Numbered from the stretch's first letter, positions 20,101 to 28,807 are shown. The stretch: 64,000 nt of DNA from Bacteroidota bacterium (GCA_003250355.1 QKGS01000040.1:2812-66811); one strand, 5' to 3'. Numbers and translations: made by a program. The notes: a model not told the origin generated them from the letters alone.

Positions 20101-20909
20101 TAAATCTGAAAATAGTAAATGAGCTTAGCGAAGATTTAGAAATAAAATCGGACAAATATCGAATACGTCAGATACTTAATAATTTGGTAAGTAATGCTAT
20201 TAAATTCACCAATGAAGGAACTATAAATATAGGAGTAAAGCTCGACGACGACATATTGAAAATGTATGTTCAGGATTCGGGTATAGGTATTGATGAAAAG
20301 CAAAAGGAATATATATTCGGACAGTTTGTAAAGCTTGACCGCGACCAAACATCAAAACGAGGAATAGGACTAGGCTTGGCTATTAGCCGCAGGTTATCGA
20401 AACTGCTTGGCGGAAGCTTAACCGTAGAATCGGTTCCGGGTACAGGTTCTACTTTTGTGCTGGCTATTCCTATTGAATATATTAAGGTTGATAAAAAACA
20501 ACAGGCGAAAGAGATAAAAAAAATAAACGAAAAGCCCGACTGGAATGGTAAACGAGTTTTGATAGTTGAAGACGAAGAGGATAATTATGTGTATTTACAA
20601 ACTATATTATTGAAAACAAATGCACATATTACCATTGCAAAAGATGGGTTGGAAGCTGTAGAAATATTTAAAGCAAACAATAATTTTGACTTGGTGCTTA
20701 TGGATATAAAAATGCCCCGAATGAATGGGTATGAAGCCATGAGACAGATTAAAGCTATAAATCCCAATCAGATAATAGTAGCTCAAACCGCTTATGCTCA
20801 ACCAAACGATGAAATAAAAATACGGGAACAAGGTTTCACAAATTATATAAGTAAACCAATAAGACCGAATGCTCTATTTGACTTATTGAGTTTATATTTC
20901 AATTCTTAA
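17193..20909 (+). CDS. Hybrid sensor histidine kinase (Reg_prop propellers, Y_Y_Y, TM, HisKA, HATPase, REC)
   Basis: Repeated ED..G.LWIAT..GL blades, YTNLKPGKYTF.V.ASN, SHEIRTPMN, NAIKFT, GIGLGLAI, DLVLMDIKMP. No AraC HTH. Confidence 0.95.
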   Translation: MKQILTGILLLLFAGSNLYSTNFIPFERLESHEGLSLVKDIYRDDNDFLWIATDGFGLKRYDSYQMKSFVHNPNDLLSLSNDNVTKIFEDSRKNLWVATFSGLDLFNRKTEKFHNYLNFEGRSTDFTSQYVNDIVEDNYGRLWIASGNGLYEYRYAEDTMVFYKLPFEDPRLSNLKNLSLDKDGNIWISSIAPTVCKFIPESQKFEIFEFEELLNFTITSTSVLVDSDNKVWLGFGGFGLAIFDPVTGKTNYVRKDENGKGLSNVLVMSIEEFYQGKIYIATDQGGINIFDKQTNKFTYINSKNKNAGNLSSDGIYCLYRDREGILWVGTSRGGINFYNPKKHRFNNMLEANNIKSYFSKGANITHGVVGTFLEDTKGNIWIGTNGGGLNKYNPKTGDVKIYTTRNSGLSTDIIARLSEDSNGDILIATWPEAVHKLIVKEDRIIQLNFISNYKVGFVHNILWSVMVDKKDRIWIDFSEGHVIVLDKNRNEIAKRIITPDPVHYFNESGYIKEVDKYYNNNPEGIFWLNEATMEFEPFIERGDIFCFKRDSRGNYWTGTLKSGAFCYNNKGELLFSLNTDNGLSNNTVYAIETSDEGAVWLATNNGLNEFSYSDSTIFSYYESDGLQSNQYFMQASLKTRNGQIFFGGTEGIDYFYPKEIQRNNFLPKVHLNEMLIRNNSGEEQNVLSANRDTADIIRLSWNENRIVFKYFAINYTFQEKTRYKYKLAGIDTDEWIITGLRQATYTNLKPGKYTFSVMASNNDGIWNNEVAEISFAIEAPFWLRIWFYFVCVLVLAFFVYLSMQWRERSLIRDKENLRRNVQERTRVIEAQKEELVRHRNELNMHKEKLEDLVKERTKELEEAKIKAENSDRLKSHFLANLSHEIRTPMNAIVGFSTLLKDPQFEKEEKRSFIDTIIDNSNSLMVLIEDILDFSLIEAGQLRINIESFSIIELIKDVHSTHSINAALKQINLKIVNELSEDLEIKSDKYRIRQILNNLVSNAIKFTNEGTINIGVKLDDDILKMYVQDSGIGIDEKQKEYIFGQFVKLDRDQTSKRGIGLGLAISRRLSKLLGGSLTVESVPGTGSTFVLAIPIEYIKVDKKQQAKEIKKINEKPDWNGKRVLIVEDEEDNYVYLQTILLKTNAHITIAKDGLEAVEIFKANNNFDLVLMDIKMPRMNGYEAMRQIKAINPNQIIVAQTAYAQPNDEIKIREQGFTNYISKPIRPNALFDLLSLYFNS

Positions 20910-21594
20910 TTATCAGCCTGTAACCGGCACTGCGAATATTCTCTATTGTTAGGCTGTTATCTTTTTTCAGGTATTTTCGTATACGTGTCATAAATACATC
21001 GAGGCTGCGACCATTAAAATAACTGTCGTCGCCCCAAACAGTAAGCAATAACTCATTACGGGGAATAAGTTTTTGAGGATTCTCAAAGAACATATTAAGT
21101 AACTTGGCTTCGCGCTGAGTTAGTTTATGAATTTCATTTCCAAACAGCAAATTCAGATTATGGTAATCAAGCATAGTATTGCCGGCTTTAATCAGCGACA
21201 GTTCGGCAGTTAATTCTATAACTCTATTTCTCTTCAAAAAAACCTCAATTTTCAATTGCAACTCCTCTATACTGAATGGCTTTATAATATAATCGTCGGC
21301 TCCCAGCGATAACCCTTTTATTCTGTCTTCAACCTGCGACTTTGCCGAAAGAAATATTATAGGTATATCTTTATTAATCTTGCGTATTCGTTCAGCAAGT
21401 TCATAACCATCCATTTTGGGTAGCATAATATCGAGTATACACAAATTGAAATCGGAATGGACAAAATTATTAATTGCCTCTGCTCCATTGGTATAGTGCG
21501 TTACGGTATAGCCAAGCTCTTCCAGATTATCTTTTGTTACAAATGCCAAAGTACTGTCATCTTCAACATATAATATTTGTATGTTTTTACTCAT
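20899..21594 (-). CDS. OmpR/PhoB family response regulator (RprY-like)
   Basis: VEDD, LDIMLP, GADDYIIKPF, VWGDDSYFNGRSLDVF. Confidence 0.95.
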   Translation of the reverse strand: MSKNIQILYVEDDSTLAFVTKDNLEELGYTVTHYTNGAEAINNFVHSDFNLCILDIMLPKMDGYELAERIRKINKDIPIIFLSAKSQVEDRIKGLSLGADDYIIKPFSIEELQLKIEVFLKRNRVIELTAELSLIKAGNTMLDYHNLNLLFGNEIHKLTQREAKLLNMFFENPQKLIPRNELLLTVWGDDSYFNGRSLDVFMTRIRKYLKKDNSLTIENIRSAGYRLIIKN

Positions 21595-21774
21595 GTTTAA
21601 CCCGCATTATTTATTAGGTTTTCAAGATTATCATTAATCAATTATTAATCAGCACCTTTCTAATGCAACGCACTAGAGCGGGCTGAACCCAGATGGTTAA
21701 TTGATGTTTTTCATTAACCATCTGTATTGCTTCTATTTACCCTCATTATTTCAATTCTATTGCATAGTTCGGGT

Positions 21775-23052
21775 TTAAACAGTATCAATAATAAAATTAA
21801 AGGTACTACCTTTACCTTGTTCGCTTTGTAATTCAATTTTCCAGCCATGTAAGCGGCATATTTCTTTTACATAAAACAGGCCTAGTCCAAAGCCTTTTAT
21901 ATTGTGAATGTCGCCGGTAGGAACACGAAAAAATTTATCGAATACCTTTTTGTGATATTTCTTTTCAATTCCTATACCTGTATCGGTAATGGATAAGTAT
22001 ATTTTATTGCTCCGGTTATAGGTATTTATATAAATACTTAATTCATTGTGGCTGTATTTTATTGCATTATCGAGCAGATTGAGCAGTATGTTGTTTATAT
22101 GAAGTTTATCGGCAAGTATGTTTTTATGTTCGGCCGACAGTTCCTTGTGGATAACAATATTTTTGTCGGGGCGGTTGCTGTTTTCTTCAGAAAAAACCTC
22201 GTTTATTAGGTTGTGAATATCTATTTTTTCTTTTTCAATTATTGTTTTTGTTTTTTCAATGCGGGCAGCTTTCAGTACATTTTCAACCTGTGAGTTAAGT
22301 CGTTCGTTTTCCTGTTTTATAATAGATGCATAATTTAAAAACCGTTCGGGTATTTGGTCTTTATTGCTGTTCAATAACACATTGCAGGCAATACCTATCG
22401 ACGATATAGGGGTTTTAAACTCATGAGTCATATTATTTATAAAATCTTTCTGTAACTCATTTAACTGTTTCTGACGATACGAGTTATAAATAGCATAGGC
22501 AAAAAACGAAACTATTATGAGCAAGAAAAGCGAAAGAATAAGCCACAGTCTCATTTGTTTAAACAGGTAATATGTTTTACCCGATAGGTTTATACAAAAA
22601 AAGTAAGGAACATCAATATTTAAATCGGACACACAAGACTCCAAATCGCCTGTTTCAGTAATAAGATGCCCTGTTTCTGAGAATTTGCCTATGTATTCGA
22701 GTGTGTTAGTTTCACAGTTGTGGTTAGCCAGTTCGTATTCAATGTTTATTTCATTTTCGAAAAAGCTTTTAGTAATCAGGTGTTTTAAAGTAGCATTGCT
22801 ATAAGTGCATGAAACATCTACTACATAGCACGACTCGGTAGTTTGTATTACAGGGTTTTGATAGCTTGTTTGGCAGTTGTTATATGCATTAGTTTCGGCA
22901 GCCACTTGTTTCAGTGCCTGCCATATTTGCTCGTTAAGCTTACTTTGGTTCGAATTCCACACTGTAAACAGCCAGTATATTTGTATAATAATGATACCCA
23001 GCAGGGAAATAGTTCCAAGTATTATTGTAAGGCGTATTTGTTTTACTCGCAT
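21775..23052 (-). CDS. Sensor histidine kinase (RprX-like)
   Basis: Two TM helices, DFINNMTHEFKTP, NLLDNAIKYS, KGFGLGL. Confidence 0.95.
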   Translation of the reverse strand: MRVKQIRLTIILGTISLLGIIIIQIYWLFTVWNSNQSKLNEQIWQALKQVAAETNAYNNCQTSYQNPVIQTTESCYVVDVSCTYSNATLKHLITKSFFENEINIEYELANHNCETNTLEYIGKFSETGHLITETGDLESCVSDLNIDVPYFFCINLSGKTYYLFKQMRLWLILSLFLLIIVSFFAYAIYNSYRQKQLNELQKDFINNMTHEFKTPISSIGIACNVLLNSNKDQIPERFLNYASIIKQENERLNSQVENVLKAARIEKTKTIIEKEKIDIHNLINEVFSEENSNRPDKNIVIHKELSAEHKNILADKLHINNILLNLLDNAIKYSHNELSIYINTYNRSNKIYLSITDTGIGIEKKYHKKVFDKFFRVPTGDIHNIKGFGLGLFYVKEICRLHGWKIELQSEQGKGSTFNFIIDTV

Positions 23053-23092
23053 TTACGCAAGTTAGCAAAACCTGTTGTGTTGAAAAAGCTGA

Positions 23093-23108
23093 TTAACGGT
23101 TTGTTAAC
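23093..23108. promoter_or_regulatory. Possible OmpR-family operator (11-bp-spaced TTAAC direct repeat)
   Basis: TTAACggtttgTTAAC about 40 bp upstream of the kinase start; 11-bp periodicity is typical of OmpR/PhoB boxes. Confidence 0.35.
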
Positions 23109-23116
23109 AAATATGT

Positions 23117-23422
23117 TTACGAATATTCAACCTCTTCGCTAGCCCCGCACACAATAGAATATTTTCTTGTAGCATATTTAATTACTTCGGGTTTGCGACT
23201 AACTACGAATACAATATCAATAGTTCGTGCCACTGCCATCATGTAGGTAATGTCGTGCTTATCGAGCGATGAAAAGGCTTCATCGAGGATAAGTACCGAT
23301 GGTTTAGTGATAACAGCACGTACAAATGCTAATTTTTGCTTTTGTCCTTCAGAAAGGTCAATCCCGTTTTTACCTATTACCAAGTCGAGTTCATTATGGT
23401 GGTTTAAGCTTATAAAATTTGA
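23117..23422 (-). pseudogene. 3' remnant of an ABC transporter ATP-binding domain truncated by IS1595
   Basis: Frame open from the IS end: [54 protein letters not shown] (signature and Walker B); no Walker A. Confidence 0.85.
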
Positions 23423-24279
23423 TAGAGGTCAGTAGATAATTATCTTTAACCCCAATAAAATCAATGCTTCCATGAATCTATTTCAAGGACAAAACCTTTT
23501 GGAGTTTGCTGATCGTTTTAAAACCGATGAGGATTGCGTGGAATACCTGGCGCATTTCAAATGGGAGACGGGCTATACCTGCATAAGGTGTGGGCATATG
23601 GGAAGCCAAAAAAGAAAGGACCATTCAAGGACCTGCAATAAGTGCAGCCATACCGAGTCAGCTACCGCAAATACCTTGTTTCATAAGGCTAAATTTGGGA
23701 TACGTAAGGCGTTCTTCATATGTTTCGAAATGTCAACAACAACAAAAAGCTTATCTGTCAGCTATGTTGCAGAGCGCTTTAGCCTGACGGATAAAACCGC
23801 AAGATTATTCATGCACAAAGTCAGGGAGGCGATGAAGTCCAGTGGAAAATACCCCATAAAAGGTAAGGTACATGTAGATGAATTTGTAATAGGTGGCAAG
23901 GAAGAAGGGAAAGTCGGTCGAAGTTATGACAGCAAAAAGAAAAAAGTTGTTTGTGCAGTTGAACTTACTGACGATGGAAAAGTAAAGCGTATGTATGCAT
24001 TGGGTATAGACAACTATTCGTCCAAGGAGTTAAAAAAAACTATTTGAAAGACATATATCATCAGAAGCCCAGGTGACCACGGATATTTGGAAAGGTTACC
24101 GTCCTTTGATGACGGATTACAACATCGAGCAAGTAGAAAGTAATGGTGGCATGAATTTTGTTTTCGGATAAACCGATCACAGGTCAAAGGCAACGTTTTC
24201 AATAATATTATTGGCAGAATGGTCGCTGCCGACAAAATTTATCAGGCCGAATTGATATGCGGTTAACTACTTACCTCTA
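23423..24279 (+). mobile_element. Decayed IS1595-family insertion sequence
   Basis: TIRs TAGAGGTCAGTAGATAA (23423-23439) and TTAACTACTTACCTCTA (24263-24279), 15/17 match; encloses the transposase. Confidence 0.88.
23472..24266 (+). pseudogene. IS1595 (ISXO2-like DDE) transposase, frameshifted and internally deleted
   Basis: Zn ribbon C..C...C..C and VHVDEFVIGG. Frame breaks at A8 (24032-24039), continues LFERHIS...TTDIWKGY...NGGMNF, then jumps frame to EFCFRINRS...ICG* (24266). Confidence 0.88.
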
Positions 24280-24690
24280 TAATTTTAATGTAAGTTTTTT
24301 CATAATGTTTATATAAAGTAAAAAAACACCTATATCCTTACTCTTTCCGAGTGGCAATATTTTACATTTTGCAAATGTAGCTGATTATCCGAAATGCATC
24401 AAATTACATATAAGCTTTTGACACTATATAAAATGAATCTAAAGAATTACAATTTAACACTTGTACCATTTTTTAATTTGAAATAGGGATAGAGTTAATG
24501 ATACAAAAGGCAAATCAGGTATTGAAAATTTTCATCCTCTGTATTAATAGGAACGCTTCTGCCTCTAGTCAGGCAAGAATTACACTGATAATTCACAGAT
24601 TAAAAAGATACAATTGCCACAGATTACTATAATACTGCAATAAACATTTTATGTAATAAAAGCTAAAATACCCACTTAAACTGTCATATA

Positions 24691-24722
24691 TTTGATAAGA
24701 TTACCAATATTTGGTAACTTTG
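24691..24722 (+). promoter_or_regulatory. parDE promoter with overlapping palindromic operator
   Basis: TTTG (24691-24694), 20 bp, TAACTTTG (24715-24722). TTACCAA-TAT-TTGGTAA inverted repeat at 24701-24717. Confidence 0.7.
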
Positions 24723-24740
24723 TGATATAATACTTCAACA

Positions 24741-24983
24741 ATGGGTAAAAACACTTCAATATCATTAGGTTCACACTTTGAGCAGTTCATAAGCTCGGCT
24801 GTAGAATCAGGCAAATACAGTTCTGCAAGTGAAGTTGTACGCTCTGCATTAAGACTCCTTGAGAATGAAGAAATAAAACTCAAGGAATTAAGAACAGCCC
24901 TTAAGGAAGGTGAGAACAGCCCGATGACAGAAAACTTTAATGCAGAAAACCACCTTGCTGATTTGCATAAGAAATACTTATAA
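24741..24983 (+). CDS. parD: ParD family antitoxin (ribbon-helix-helix)
   Basis: NTSISLG.HFE.FI...V.SGKY.SASEVVR.ALRLLE. Confidence 0.93.
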   Translation: MGKNTSISLGSHFEQFISSAVESGKYSSASEVVRSALRLLENEEIKLKELRTALKEGENSPMTENFNAENHLADLHKKYL

Positions 24984-25282
24984 TGAGTAACTACAGAATT
25001 AGTAAAAAGGCAATTGAAGACTTAGAGAATATTTGGCTTTATACTTTCAACAATTGGTCAAAAGAGCAAGCTGACAGATATCACAATTTAATTATCAGCG
25101 AAATAAGTTTCATTTCAAATAATTACAACTTAAGTCGGGATATGAGTGATGTTTGTTCAGGATACAGAGTTACTAAAGTTAAATCTCACTTAATATTTTT
25201 CAAGAGAGGGAATGACGAAGTTGTTGAAATAATAAGAATACTGCACCAAAGTATGGACATAGACAAAAGGCTGAAAGAGTAA
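24983..25282 (+). CDS. parE: ParE family type II toxin
   Basis: ISKKA.EDLE.IW.YT...WS.EQAD.Y...HLIFF...EIIRILHQSMD; TAATG overlap with parD. Confidence 0.93.
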   Translation: MSNYRISKKAIEDLENIWLYTFNNWSKEQADRYHNLIISEISFISNNYNLSRDMSDVCSGYRVTKVKSHLIFFKRGNDEVVEIIRILHQSMDIDKRLKE

Positions 25283-25395
25283 TTTAAGCTTGTCCCCTTC
25301 CTCTTTACATCAACCCGAAATAATATATTTCTCAAAATCTTGTTTTTAAGTTAATAATGTATATTTGTCGTTATCTCAAAAAAACTGAATACACA

Positions 25396-26616
25396 ATGGT
25401 TATTTTTAAACGTATAGTTCCGGTAATTCTTTTTGCATTAGCATTTACTTCATGTGAACCTGACGAGAACCGTTTTACCATAAATGGAAACATTAAAGGC
25501 GCAGAGGGTAAATACATTAAGTATATAAATATGCTTGAGCATGGGCATAAGTCCGATTCTCTGTATGTAGATATGGGCAGCAAGTTCATTTTAACGAAAG
25601 TTAGCAATGAACCTGTTGACTTAGTTTTTTATTTCAACAATGAAGAATCTGTAAGAATTCTGGCAGGGGTTAACGAAACTATTACCCTTACGGCAAATGC
25701 CGATAATATGCTGAAAAGTTATAAAGTGGAAGGTTCTCCCGAGTCAGCTCTTTTGGCTGATATTCTGAAAAAGAATGCTGAGGTGAGCCATGCACTTGAT
25801 ACTATGGATATGTTCTATATGAAAAACCAGCAACATCCGAACCTTGATTCTATTGTAGTACAGTTACGTTATTTGAGCGATTCAGTTTACAATACTCATA
25901 AGCAATATTTACATGACTTTGTAAAAAAGAATCCTTCATCGCTGTCTAGTTATATTGTACTTTCGCTAAAACTGAACCGTGATATTCAGTATTTTAAAAT
26001 GCCCGACGATATTGAATATTTTAAAATGGTTGACACAGCTATTTACAACAGATACGATAGTATTCAAATATCGCAAATGTTGCACACTTATGTTGCTAAA
26101 ATGGAGAGTGCTAATAAATCTTTAGCTAAGAGTGCAAACCTTTCAATAGGAGATACTGTTCCCGATATAATACTACCTAACCCTTACGGTGATACTTTGC
26201 CGTTATCAGCCCTGCGTGGCAAGTATGTATTAATTGATTTCTGGGGCAGCTGGTGTAAACCATGCCGCGAAACAAATAAGGGACTACTATCGGTTTATTA
26301 CACTTTCAGCAAACGTGGGTTTCAGATATATCAGGTAGCAATAGAGCGCAACATAGATGACTGGAAAAACACTATTCGTGAAGATAAACTTTGGTGGAAA
26401 TATCAGGTTAGCGACCTTCAGTATATGAAAAGCCCTGTGGCTAATCAATTTGGGTTAAAGGAACTTCCTGCAAACTTCCTTATTGATGGCAATGGTGTAA
26501 TTGTGGCTAAGAACTTGTATGGTGAGGATTTGCGGGAAAAGCTTAAAGAGGTATTGCCAAGGCCTGTGGTAGTGAAGAAGGATACTGTCAATGGTAACAC
26601 GAAAAATGCAGATTAG
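25396..26616 (+). CDS. TlpA-like thiol:disulfide oxidoreductase lipoprotein (DUF4369 + AhpC/TSA)
   Basis: Lipobox FTSC; LIDFWGSWCKPCR. Start at 25396 after TATATTTG. Confidence 0.88.
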   Translation: MVIFKRIVPVILFALAFTSCEPDENRFTINGNIKGAEGKYIKYINMLEHGHKSDSLYVDMGSKFILTKVSNEPVDLVFYFNNEESVRILAGVNETITLTANADNMLKSYKVEGSPESALLADILKKNAEVSHALDTMDMFYMKNQQHPNLDSIVVQLRYLSDSVYNTHKQYLHDFVKKNPSSLSSYIVLSLKLNRDIQYFKMPDDIEYFKMVDTAIYNRYDSIQISQMLHTYVAKMESANKSLAKSANLSIGDTVPDIILPNPYGDTLPLSALRGKYVLIDFWGSWCKPCRETNKGLLSVYYTFSKRGFQIYQVAIERNIDDWKNTIREDKLWWKYQVSDLQYMKSPVANQFGLKELPANFLIDGNGVIVAKNLYGEDLREKLKEVLPRPVVVKKDTVNGNTKNAD

Positions 26617-26627
26617 GTAATCAATGA

Positions 26628-26662
26628 TATTCACGGGGTGACTTAAAGTCACCCCGTGAATA
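26628..26662. repeat. REP palindrome upstream of RAYT
   Basis: TATTCACGGGGTGACTT-A-AAGTCACCCCGTGAATA, perfect 17-bp inverted repeat. Confidence 0.88.
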
Positions 26663-26674
26663 AAATTAAACACC

Positions 26675-27322
26675 ATGATATTCGAAGAGGGTCATCTTTA
26701 TCACATATATAACCAAGGAAATAATCGTCAAAAGATATTTTTTGAGCGAGAGAATTTCTTATTCTTTTTACAAAAGATGAGAACATATTTATTACCTCAT
26801 TGTGATATTTTAGCGTATTGCTTAATGCCAAATCATTTTCATTGGATGGTATTGGTTAATAATTTGGAGATTACAATTGAGCCATCAGTAAATACTGACG
26901 GGGTGACTTTGAACATTGCTACCGAGGGCTTCGCTCAAAGCGAAACCCTCGGTAATGGTAAGTTACGTAGTTTAAATCAATCAATAGGTATTCTTCTACG
27001 CTCATATACTAATGCAATAAATAAACAAGAAAAACGGTCAGGTTCCCTGTTCAGAAGAGAGACCAAAGCAGAATGTTTAACTGAAATAAACGGTATTACT
27101 CCATCGTTCTATAGTACACAAGCAGGAACAGTAATACATATTGACAGACCTGAAGATCAATATCCGCAAGTATGTTTCAATTATATACATCAAAACCCTG
27201 TACGTTCGGGGTTAGTTACAAATGAAACAGACTGGGAATTTTCATCAGCTCAGGATTATGCCGGTATGCGTAATGGAACTTTGGTAAACAAAGAAATTAT
27301 AAAAGACTATATTGTAATATAA
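26675..27322 (+). CDS. REP-associated tyrosine transposase (RAYT, Y1 HUH family)
   Basis: YHIYNQGNNRQKIF, YCLMPNHFH (HUH), YIHQNPV..GL, WEFSSA; flanked by REP palindromes. Confidence 0.92.
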   Translation: MIFEEGHLYHIYNQGNNRQKIFFERENFLFFLQKMRTYLLPHCDILAYCLMPNHFHWMVLVNNLEITIEPSVNTDGVTLNIATEGFAQSETLGNGKLRSLNQSIGILLRSYTNAINKQEKRSGSLFRRETKAECLTEINGITPSFYSTQAGTVIHIDRPEDQYPQVCFNYIHQNPVRSGLVTNETDWEFSSAQDYAGMRNGTLVNKEIIKDYIVI

Positions 27323-27324
27323 TA

Positions 27325-27357
27325 ATTCACGGGATGACTTTGAGTCACCCCGTGAAT
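27325..27357. repeat. REP palindrome downstream of RAYT
   Basis: ATTCACGGGATGACT-TTG-AGTCACCCCGTGAAT, same family as 26628-26662. Confidence 0.88.
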
Positions 27358-27372
27358 ATTCAGAACAAAACA

Positions 27373-28134
27373 ATGACTGAACAAAACAAAAAAATATATT
27401 TCGCATCGGATGTTCATTTGGGGCATCCGCCAAAAGATAAAGCACGAGAAAGAGAACAACTTTTCGTAAAATGGCTCGATAGTATTAAACATGATGCTGA
27501 AGCACTCTATTTATGTGGCGATATTTTCGATTTTTGGTATGAATATAAAAAAGTAGTTCCGCGCGGGTTTGTACGTACTCTTGGCAAACTTGCAGAGTTA
27601 TCGGATAGTGGTGTAGATATTCACTTTTTTATTGGAAACCACGATGTATGGATGTTCGATTATTTTAAAGAAGAGCTTGGAGCAACGGTTCACTATGAAC
27701 CTTATGAACCTGAGCTATTGGGTAAAAAATTCTACATCCACCACGGCGATGGACTTGGAAAATGGGATAAACCATACCGTTTTATGAAGCGTTGCTTTAT
27801 GAGCAAAACTCTTCAGTGGATATTTAGCCGTTTGCATCCGAATTTTGCCTTCTGGCTGGCTCATACATGGAGCAAAAGCAGTCGCGATGCCAAAGGTATT
27901 GTTGCTGAACAGTTCAATGAAGGGAGCAAAGAATTTATTTACTTACATTCCTCTGATGTAGCTTCGAAGCAAAAGGTTGACTACTTTGTATTCGGACACC
28001 GCCATGTAATGGTAAATAAAGAGATAAATAACGGTAGCCGCTTATGTATACTTGGCGATTGGCTATACAACTTTTCATATGGTGTATTTGATGGTGAGAA
28101 GTTTGAAGTGAAGAAGGTTTCGTTCAATGAATAA
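27373..28134 (+). CDS. lpxH: UDP-2,3-diacylglucosamine diphosphatase (LpxH family)
   Basis: SDVHLG, GDIFDFWYEY, GNHD, HGDG, FGHRH, LGDW. The upstream ATG 27334 lies inside the REP, so 27373 is preferred. Confidence 0.88.
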   Translation: MTEQNKKIYFASDVHLGHPPKDKAREREQLFVKWLDSIKHDAEALYLCGDIFDFWYEYKKVVPRGFVRTLGKLAELSDSGVDIHFFIGNHDVWMFDYFKEELGATVHYEPYEPELLGKKFYIHHGDGLGKWDKPYRFMKRCFMSKTLQWIFSRLHPNFAFWLAHTWSKSSRDAKGIVAEQFNEGSKEFIYLHSSDVASKQKVDYFVFGHRHVMVNKEINNGSRLCILGDWLYNFSYGVFDGEKFEVKKVSFNE

Positions 28135-28807
28135 GCTAGTTTATATAGTACATATTTTTATTTATTTATTTGTTATATTCTCATGCACTCAAAAGAATAG
28201 TGATAAAGTATACAATGAAAACTCAGATACCACACAAGCAATAAGCCATTCATTAATAATAGGAAATGACAGCACTTCACTTTCATTCCGTGATTCTGTA
28301 AATTATCCAAACATTCAAATATCTTTTATTAAGAATAAAGATTCAGCAGCATATTCAACTCTGCGAATAAGCAACTATTATTATCAAGCCAATATTGATA
28401 CAAGTTTTACATTAGAATACCTTTCCGAACAGCTTTCCACAATTTGGGCAATAGTTGAAATGGAAAATAAAATTAGCTTAACCCACGTTTCGGTAGGTTA
28501 TCCACTCGAATACACCGATGTATTAATAAACCAAATAGAAGCTTTCAAAAACTCACCCCAATGGCAACCGCATTTATACGAAAGTAAACTATGGCTCGAT
28601 TATGAATTGATTAAGGCAACAATGCTAGAAGCCGATGTTTATAAGCCTTTGAATAATTTTCTAAAAACAAAAGGATTTCATATTTCAGGGTTTCACCTCG
28701 AAAAACACGGATATGTAACAAAGAATAAACTTGAAGAACTAGGGTACGATACAAACATGATGATTCCTGTACCATTTATAGTGTGGATTGACATACGAGA
28801 ATTATAA
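28127..28807 (+). CDS. Hypothetical lipoprotein
   Basis: Lipobox IFSC; 226-aa ORF overlapping the lpxH stop. Confidence 0.7.
   Translation: MNKLVYIVHIFIYLFVIFSCTQKNSDKVYNENSDTTQAISHSLIIGNDSTSLSFRDSVNYPNIQISFIKNKDSAAYSTLRISNYYYQANIDTSFTLEYLSEQLSTIWAIVEMENKISLTHVSVGYPLEYTDVLINQIEAFKNSPQWQPHLYESKLWLDYELIKATMLEADVYKPLNNFLKTKGFHISGFHLEKHGYVTKNKLEELGYDTNMMIPVPFIVWIDIREL

Noticed and set aside
24032-24047. Programmed ribosomal frameshift at the A8 tract of the IS1595 transposase
   Set aside because: IS1595 transposases are normally single ORFs and a second downstream lesion exists, so decay (or a homopolymer sequencing error) is more likely.
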